The translations under genes and the position numbers were made by a program. A DNA stretch of 64,000 nt from Saccharofermentanales bacterium (GTDB lineage: Bacteria > Bacillota > Clostridia > Saccharofermentanales > UBA5734): contig JBBQKF010000004.1 in NCBI GenBank assembly GCA_038326615.1, forward strand, positions 2,589 to 66,588, read 5' to 3'. The notes beneath the pieces are model-generated. The model did not search any database, was not told the DNA's origin, and worked only from the letters and a program-made list of their open reading frames with translations. This document shows positions 57,972-64,000 of this stretch, one piece after another; position 1 is the stretch's first letter, and the number at the start of each line of letters is the position of its first letter.

Positions 57972-58916
57972 ATGATAAACATAACTGATGGACAACAAAA
58001 TTTTGATATGAAGGAATTTATTTCTAAAGCCGAAATCCTTATAGAAGCACTTCCCTATATACAAAGGCTTTCTGGTAAAACTGTTGTTATCAAATATGGC
58101 GGAAATGCCATGATTAATGACGAACTCAAAAACAATGTAATGGAAGATATTACTTTGCTTAAATTTATAGGAATAAATCCTGTTATTGTTCACGGAGGCG
58201 GTCCTGATATTAGTGCAATGCTCAAAAAGCTTGATATTCTGTCAGAATTCAGACATGGCCTACGGGTAACTGACGCTCAAACAGTTGATGTTGCACAGAT
58301 GGTTCTTGTCGGTAAAACAAACAAAGAAATCGTCTCACTTCTTAATCAGAAGGGCGCAAAGGCTATTGGAATCTGTGGTATCGATGGAAATCTTATTGAG
58401 TGCAAAAAACTCGAAAAGGATTCAGAAGGCAACCCTTTAGACATTGGGTTTGTTGGAGAAATTGTCAAAATTAATACGAAAGTCCTCGAAATGCTTGCCG
58501 GTGATGAATACATTCCGGTTGTTGCGCCAATCGGAATAGGAAGCGATGGGCAAAGCTATAATATTAATGCCGATACTGTTGCAGGAGAAATTGCAATCGC
58601 ATTAAAAGCCGAAAAGCTCATTACCCTGACTGATGTTGAAGGTGTTAAAATGACCCGCGATGACGGCGTGGAAATTGTAATTCCATCCCTCATTGAAGCG
58701 GAAGTGCTTGATTTAATTCAAAACAACGTTATAAAAGGTGGTATGATTCCCAAAGTACTTGGGTGCCTTGAAACAATTAACGGCGGAGTCGGACGTGCCC
58801 ATATAATTGATGGACGTATACCGCACTGTTTGCTTCTTGAAATTTTCACAAATAGAGGTATTGGCACCATGATTATGAAAGAACGACGACCATATTATCA
58901 GGGCGAGAAGATTTGA
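57972..58916 (+). CDS. argB: Acetylglutamate kinase
   Basis: 314 aa with VIKYGGNAM and VHGGGP. The RBS is GGAGG. Confidence 0.96.
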   Translation: MINITDGQQNFDMKEFISKAEILIEALPYIQRLSGKTVVIKYGGNAMINDELKNNVMEDITLLKFIGINPVIVHGGGPDISAMLKKLDILSEFRHGLRVTDAQTVDVAQMVLVGKTNKEIVSLLNQKGAKAIGICGIDGNLIECKKLEKDSEGNPLDIGFVGEIVKINTKVLEMLAGDEYIPVVAPIGIGSDGQSYNINADTVAGEIAIALKAEKLITLTDVEGVKMTRDDGVEIVIPSLIEAEVLDLIQNNVIKGGMIPKVLGCLETINGGVGRAHIIDGRIPHCLLLEIFTNRGIGTMIMKERRPYYQGEKI

Positions 58917-58953
58917 GACAGAGAAAACCTTCGAAAGGTAATTGGTATTTTAT

Positions 58954-60159
58954 ATGGAAGATTTGATTTTAAAAAATATTATGGAACAAGATAGCCTGTA
59001 TTATATGAACACGTTTGGGAAGAGAACTCCTATTTGTTTTACACACGGTCAAGGCATGTTTTTGTTTGGAACTGACAAAAAAAAATACATGGATTTGATT
59101 GGCGGTCTTGCTGTCAATGTTTTAGGACACAATAACAAAAGGCTTGTTGACGCTATCTCTTCACAAGCAGCTTCCCTTATTCACTGTTCCAATCTTTATT
59201 ATATAAAAAGCCAGGCAGACCTTGCAAAAAAATTAGTCTCACTTTCGCCTGGCATGGCAAAGACATTTTTTACCAATAGTGGCGCAGAGGCAAATGAAGG
59301 TGCTTTAAAATTGGCAAGAATATATTTTTCAAAACAGGGTACACCACGAACTAAATTCATTTCTGCCAAAAACTCATTTCACGGCAGAACACTTGCAACC
59401 GTTACTGCAACTGGACAGGAAAAATACAATACCCCCTTCCGCCCACTTCCACCTGGGTTTGAATACGTTCCATATAACGATATTGATTCGATCGAAAATG
59501 CAGTTGATAATGATACCTGTGCTGTTATTCTAGAACTTATTCAGGGCGAAAGCGGCATAATTCCTGCTACAAAAGAATACATTGACGCTGTAGTTAGATG
59601 TTGTAAGAAATCTGGTGCTTTGCTTATTATCGACGAAGTACAAACTGGAATGGGCCGAACCGGCACTTTTTATGCTTATGAACAATATGGCATTACCCCT
59701 GACATTGTCACTCTTGCTAAGGGTTTGGGCGGTGGAGTACCTATCGGCGCACTTCTTGCTTCTTTTGATGTTGCCAAGGGCTTTGACCCAGGTGACCATG
59801 GTTCTACTTTTGGCGGCAACCCTCTTGCTTGTTCCGCTGCATTGGCAGTTCTAAACGAATATGAAGATTTTGAACTCGTCAAAAAAGCAGGCGAACTTGG
59901 TGAGTATTTCAAGAGTGCTTTAGCAAAAATCAACGAAGGGCCCGATTTCATAAAAGAAATACGAGGCAAAGGTCTCATGATTGGCATTGAACTTAAAGAG
60001 CCAATAGCTCAAAAGGTTAAGGAACGATGTCTTGCAAAAGGATATCTGGTAAATTCGATAGGCACAAACGTGATCAGGCTCTTGCCCCCACTTATAATCC
60101 AAAAACACGACATCGACGCATTTTGCAAAGATTTACCTTGGGGACCAGAACCACGGTAA
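58954..60159 (+). CDS. argD: Acetylornithine aminotransferase
   Basis: Class-III aminotransferase motifs (DEVQTGMGRTG, TLAKGLGGG). The start is uncertain, either ATG 58954 or TTG 58942. Confidence 0.93.
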   Translation: MEDLILKNIMEQDSLYYMNTFGKRTPICFTHGQGMFLFGTDKKKYMDLIGGLAVNVLGHNNKRLVDAISSQAASLIHCSNLYYIKSQADLAKKLVSLSPGMAKTFFTNSGAEANEGALKLARIYFSKQGTPRTKFISAKNSFHGRTLATVTATGQEKYNTPFRPLPPGFEYVPYNDIDSIENAVDNDTCAVILELIQGESGIIPATKEYIDAVVRCCKKSGALLIIDEVQTGMGRTGTFYAYEQYGITPDIVTLAKGLGGGVPIGALLASFDVAKGFDPGDHGSTFGGNPLACSAALAVLNEYEDFELVKKAGELGEYFKSALAKINEGPDFIKEIRGKGLMIGIELKEPIAQKVKERCLAKGYLVNSIGTNVIRLLPPLIIQKHDIDAFCKDLPWGPEPR

Positions 60160-60303
60160 ATTAGTCGGTAATAAGACAAAAACGGCTGAAATTTTAAATA
60201 CTAACTAGAAATACTTAATGCTAATATTGCAACAGTCACAACTGAATTTATCATTTAAATCTAAATGATATCCAACGTCAAGAGATTTTTGAAGTTCCAA
60301 TAA

Positions 60304-60469
60304 TGGTTCGGGTGTCAAAAGCATGATTTTCATTTATTGTAATTAGTCAGATTTTGCTCGACGATGACTTAAGAAGATTTCAAATGCCAGATTGCTTGTA
60401 ATGTCCAATATTTGGCGATTTCATCAATATTTATCACCTATCACTGCTTTGATACTTTTGACACCCGAA
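60304..60469. mobile_element. MITE-like 166-bp element with 15-bp terminal inverted repeats and flanking 7-bp direct repeats
   Basis: TTCGGGTGTCAAAAG (60306-60320) and CTTTTGACACCCGAA (60454-60468) are perfect reverse complements. CAATAAT occurs at 60297-60303 and 60470-60476. No ORF lies inside. Confidence 0.4.
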
Positions 60470-60606
60470 GCAATAATAATAGCAACTTTTATTCAGTCAG
60501 TTTAACAGATTAAAATCAGAATGCCCCTAAATTTAAAATTCAATTGTTTTACAAAATAATCAGTATAAATGAGTTACTCAAAAAATATTATATGGAGGAT
60601 TAGATC

Positions 60607-61524
60607 ATGAAACACTTTATTAGCTTTAACGACATTACGCCGCAGGAGCTTGACGAGCTTTTAGTTCTTGCAGAAAATCTTAAGGTTCAGACAAAAACAA
60701 AAATTGCTCATCCAATTTTAAAAGGCAAAACGCTCGGCATGATTTTCACAAAATCATCAACACGCACAAGGGTTTCTTTTGAGGTAGGAATGTATCAACT
60801 TGGCGGTCAGGCACTATTTTTGAGTAGTCAGGATATTCAACTTGGTCGTGGAGAGTCTATTGAAGACACAGCAAAAGTATTGTCCCGCTTTATCGATGGA
60901 ATCATGATAAGAACTTTTGAACATAAGGATGTTTTGGATCTTGCAAAATTTGGAACCATCCCTGTAATCAATGGCCTTACTGATCTTATGCACCCTTGCC
61001 AGGCGCTTGCGGACCTTATGACAATCAAAGAGCATAAAGGCCGTTTAAAAGGCCTTAAAATGGCTTACCTCGGAGACGGAAACAATGTTGCCAACTCTTT
61101 GCTTCACGCTTGTACAAAAGCGGGCATGCATATTGCAATTGGTGCACCAAAAGGATATGAATGCGATGCAAAATGTATTGAAGAGGCACAGGAATGTGCT
61201 AATCAAACCGACGGAAGCGTCCTTCTTACAACTGACCCAAGAGAGGCAGTTAAAGATGCCGATGTTATTTATACTGACACATGGATAAGCATGGGACAGG
61301 AATCCGAAAAAGCTGTTAAAATTCCAATATTCATGCCTTATCAGGCAAACTCTGATTTAATGAAAATCGCTTCTCCTGATGCCATTTTTTTGCATTGTTT
61401 GCCTGCTTACAGAGGCTATGAGGTTTCCGCAGAAGTGATTGACGGTCCTGCATCTGTTGTTTTTGACGAAGCCGAGAACCGCCTTCATGCGCAAAAAGCA
61501 ATTCTTGTTAAATTATTAGGTTAG
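60607..61524 (+). CDS. argF: Ornithine carbamoyltransferase
   Basis: 305 aa with STRTR, HPCQALAD and HCLPA motifs. Confidence 0.96.
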   Translation: MKHFISFNDITPQELDELLVLAENLKVQTKTKIAHPILKGKTLGMIFTKSSTRTRVSFEVGMYQLGGQALFLSSQDIQLGRGESIEDTAKVLSRFIDGIMIRTFEHKDVLDLAKFGTIPVINGLTDLMHPCQALADLMTIKEHKGRLKGLKMAYLGDGNNVANSLLHACTKAGMHIAIGAPKGYECDAKCIEEAQECANQTDGSVLLTTDPREAVKDADVIYTDTWISMGQESEKAVKIPIFMPYQANSDLMKIASPDAIFLHCLPAYRGYEVSAEVIDGPASVVFDEAENRLHAQKAILVKLLG

Positions 61525-61634
61525 TTCCATATTGTCAAAAAGAGTATGTTTTTCTATTAAATTGCTTGCTATTTTTATATCGATGGCAATAATTCGTGAT
61601 ATTCGGATTCAAATTGCTCAGATAGGGAGTTTTT

Positions 61635-62300
61635 GTGAATAAATACCTGCTTAGGCGTGCAACAATTAAAGATATACCCGAGATGCAAAAAGTAATAAAA
61701 ATTGCAATGACCCAATATGCAGATTTGTCAGGAATAAAAACTCCTTTGGAATCTTTGCTGGAAAGCTTTGACGATTTAAAAAGTCATATAGAAAACGATA
61801 TGTTTCTCCTTGCTTTTCACAAAGAAACACTTGTCGGAACGCTTAGGATTTCGGATTTAGAAATTTCGGAATTAACTGATGATATCAAAGATGCATTGAT
61901 TGGTCCGTGTGAATCAGAATGTGCATGCGTTAATAAAAAGGATTGGATAGATATAACAGTAATCGACAATGACAGCAAAAACGAATGTTGTAGTGAATGC
62001 GTTAACATGAATATTTTAAAAAGCGATGAAGTTGTCGATCTAGAATTATCAAATTTGAAACTGGCATATATAAGCCGTTTTGCTGTGCTCCCTGAAATGC
62101 AAAGTCTTGGTGTCGGCAGCGCTCTATTTAATTCTGCTAATGAATATCTTATTAGAAACTCATATGTGCATGCAATGCTTCACACAGCAATCAATAATTT
62201 TGCACTTGTTAATTTCTATAAAAAGCGTGATTTTAACTTAGTTTCTACCAGCACTGATCGTGGATATCTGAGAGGTACATTTGTTAAGCGTTTTGTATAA
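61635..62300 (+). CDS. GNAT-family N-acetyltransferase with a Cys-rich internal insertion
   Basis: The GNAT core carries YISRFAVLPEMQSLGVGSALF. An insertion of about 60 aa contains CESECAC...CCSEC. GTG 61635 lies 5 nt after AGGGAG. Confidence 0.8.
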   Translation: MNKYLLRRATIKDIPEMQKVIKIAMTQYADLSGIKTPLESLLESFDDLKSHIENDMFLLAFHKETLVGTLRISDLEISELTDDIKDALIGPCESECACVNKKDWIDITVIDNDSKNECCSECVNMNILKSDEVVDLELSNLKLAYISRFAVLPEMQSLGVGSALFNSANEYLIRNSYVHAMLHTAINNFALVNFYKKRDFNLVSTSTDRGYLRGTFVKRFV

Positions 62301-62428
62301 AATGCGAAAAATATTTTGGTTAAATTATCACTACAATTTTAATGGAATTTCCTTGTATTTATTACTAATATAATTTAGAATGTACGTAGTAAATATATTG
62401 AAATAAATATAATTTTAGGAGGATTTTT

Positions 62429-62782
62429 ATGTACAAGGGAAAAGTACGTTCACCAATCGCAGTAATTCTTTTTTCTATTATCACATGCGGTATCTATCAA
62501 ATTTATTGGCTATTTCAGGTATCAGGAGAAATAAATAATGGTTTAGGAGAGCAAAGAATTTCAGCTCCACTTTATTTCCTTCTCGGACTACTATGTTTCC
62601 CATTAATTTACGTTGGTATGTATAAACTCGATGAGGGAATTTTTGACATGAGAACAAGAGTCGGACTACCCGCAACTAAGAACTTTGTTTTATGGCTTGT
62701 ATTGTCTCTTATCGGAATCGGATTTATCGTTTTCATGTATCAGGTTCAAAGCCAGCTTAATGAAACATGGGAAAAAGCTTAA
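62429..62782 (+). CDS. Small membrane protein, DUF4234-like
   Basis: 117 aa with the motif TCGIYQIYW and 4 TM segments. The RBS is AGGAGG. Confidence 0.75.
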   Translation: MYKGKVRSPIAVILFSIITCGIYQIYWLFQVSGEINNGLGEQRISAPLYFLLGLLCFPLIYVGMYKLDEGIFDMRTRVGLPATKNFVLWLVLSLIGIGFIVFMYQVQSQLNETWEKA

Positions 62783-62788
62783 TCTCTT

Positions 62789-63253
62789 ATGAAACTCAAT
62801 GATAAAAGAATTAATACATTAAAAATTAAAATCAGGCGTATGATATTAGAATATCGTACGCCTGTTTTAGCTATGTCAGCTTTTGTGATTTTTAGTATAT
62901 TACTCACTGGTTCTACGTGTGTAATGCGAACAATAACAGGCTTACCGTGTCCTGGATGCGGACTTACAAGAGCAACTTTTGCGCTTTTTAAGTTTAATAT
63001 TCCAGCCGCAATTCATTTCAATCCTGCTGTATTTTTAGTATGGCCAGTCATGATAGTGTTCTTTTTGCTTATGATTTTTAAAAAAATAAATATTAAAAAA
63101 TACACACCCCTTTTTATAATAACAGGAGTGTGTATGTGTGTCATATATGCAATCCGTATGATTTTATACTTTCCTGAAGTTGAGCCAATGATATATGACT
63201 ATCATTCTGTATTCGGTAGAATTTTCATCTTTATAAAATCAATTTCGCCTTAA
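62789..63253 (+). CDS. Small membrane protein, DUF2752-like
   Basis: 154 aa with the hallmark CPGCGLTRA. The start is uncertain. Confidence 0.75.
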   Translation: MKLNDKRINTLKIKIRRMILEYRTPVLAMSAFVIFSILLTGSTCVMRTITGLPCPGCGLTRATFALFKFNIPAAIHFNPAVFLVWPVMIVFFLLMIFKKINIKKYTPLFIITGVCMCVIYAIRMILYFPEVEPMIYDYHSVFGRIFIFIKSISP

Positions 63254-63272
63254 TAAAAGCTTTTGCCAAGCC

Positions 63273-63602
63273 CTAAATCTCGTTCTCCGGTAATTTACTC
63301 CACTCAGCACAGAGTTTTCCGATAACTGGAGCTTTGTAAAGTTCACCTTTGTTAGATGCTATTGCTGCCATTATCATGAAAACTAGACATGCTATAGGTG
63401 CCACAACAGTACACACTAATAAATAAGCGAGGCCCATTAGAACAATTGATTGAATAGCGTTAAATTTGATGTATGGATTTTCGTTGTCTAAAACTAGATA
63501 AATAATTCCTGGGATAAAAGGCACAAAAATGCTTATTATATAACATAATGCCGAAGCTGCATTTCCGTCCATATCTCCAACTTTTGATTTTCCGACTTGC
63601 AT
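63273..63602 (-). CDS. Small membrane protein, DUF4870-like
   Basis: 109 aa with ASALCYI...PFIPGIIYLV...KFNAIQS, typical of that family. Confidence 0.7.
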   Translation of the reverse strand: MQVGKSKVGDMDGNAASALCYIISIFVPFIPGIIYLVLDNENPYIKFNAIQSIVLMGLAYLLVCTVVAPIACLVFMIMAAIASNKGELYKAPVIGKLCAEWSKLPENEI

Positions 63603-63716
63603 AACATCCTCCTTAATTTTCGCTCCTGTGATTGAAATACTAATTGTTTTCTAATAATGTTTTAATAAAAAATTGTCATCGATTTTAATTCTATAACATC
63701 CTGCTTAAATCCGTAA

Positions 63717-64000
63717 TCAGCCCCCAAATCTAAATGTATCAGTTCCAAATGTAAATGATTGATTACCAAACGGTTGTGCATCAGCCTTTATGATTACGAA
63801 AACTATAATTATTGCAACGATTATGAATAAAATCGCTGAAATAACTAATCCGATTATGTTTAGAATTTTCGCGGTTCTAAGCTTATTTCTTGCTTCATTA
63901 TAATCATTATCATTTGAAGCCATTAAAGAAAAGACTAACGCAATAACCCCAAAAATAAAGTTTCCACAGCACACAATATTAATGATCGAAAATACTATCA
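63717..64000 (-). CDS. CD225/dispanin-family small membrane protein (5' end beyond the window)
   Basis: It carries a CCGNFIFGVIALVFS...A...ARNKLRTAKILNIIG pattern. The reading frame stays open upstream of the Met at 63974 to the window edge (IVFSIINIVCCGN). Confidence 0.65.
   Translation of the reverse strand, partial: IVFSIINIVCCGNFIFGVIALVFSLMASNDNDYNEARNKLRTAKILNIIGLVISAILFIIVAIIIVFVIIKADAQPFGNQSFTFGTDTFRFGG

Noticed and set aside
57855-58193. A 112-aa minus-strand ORF spanning the argC-argB gap and the argB 5' end.
   Set aside because: It is antisense to the well-supported argB start, has an AT-rich low-complexity translation and no RBS. It is not a hidden argJ, which would be about 400 aa on the plus strand.
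60160-60606. A T-box, riboswitch or remnant coding sequence in the long argD-argF spacer.
   Set aside because: There is no T-box consensus and no recognisable riboswitch core. There is no ORF with an RBS, and translations in all frames are short. The MITE-like reading fits the inverted and direct repeat geometry better.
1-64000. A search for tRNA, rRNA, prophage, integrase, toxin-antitoxin or defence-system genes.
   Set aside because: No T-loop/acceptor-like sequences or rRNA-like blocks were seen, and every ORF over 100 aa with support has a housekeeping, transport or membrane assignment. Nothing in the window supports such a call.

Overview
This is a low-GC Bacillota (Clostridia-like) chromosomal core region, and nearly every gene is on the minus strand. 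From left to right it contains:

- A BMP-type nucleoside ABC importer plus deoB and deoC.
- A 623-aa surface protein.
- A module of a 208-aa hypothetical protein, a micro-ORF, a membrane HD-GYP protein and a DUF5317-like protein.
- A plus-strand ZnuABC/TroA-type metal importer.
- hflKC, a small Zn-ribbon gene, a eukaryote-type UDP-sugar pyrophosphorylase and ppiB.
- An orphan pair of Na+-decarboxylase beta and gamma subunits.
- truA, ecfT and a fused ecfA1-ecfA2.
- The complete S10-spc-alpha ribosomal supercluster, rpsJ at 45.0 kb through rplQ at 28.7 kb. This includes rpmD, which the ORF track missed.
- pdaA-like deacetylase, hslO and a SAM methyltransferase.
- The cluster S41 protease, M23 peptidase, ftsX and ftsE.
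- A PucR-type regulator and an MsmK-like ATPase.
- Plus-strand argC-argB-argD-argF and a GNAT gene.
- A cluster of four small membrane proteins that is cut by the window end.

I found no rRNA, tRNA, CRISPR array, prophage or recognisable defence system, and I cannot point to a clear new multi-gene system.

What the gene map does not explain is mostly non-coding structure:

- Three head-to-tail tandem arrays sit in 5' intergenic regions: 8 x 20 bp before ecfA, 30 x 5 bp between ppiB and the UDP-sugar pyrophosphorylase gene, and 5 x 16 bp inside the nucleoside transporter locus.
- A 13-nt (16/17 with one bulge) inverted repeat brackets a 196-bp segment and a 25-aa micro-ORF upstream of the HD-GYP gene. 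This is a candidate invertible switch.
- A 166-bp MITE-like element lies between argD and argF.
- The S10 operon has a long, structured leader of about 265 nt.

Several housekeeping proteins also have unusual architectures: fused EcfA-EcfA', FtsE with a 215-aa acidic repeat tail, and expanded L17, L22 and L23. All functional interpretations of these are hypotheses.
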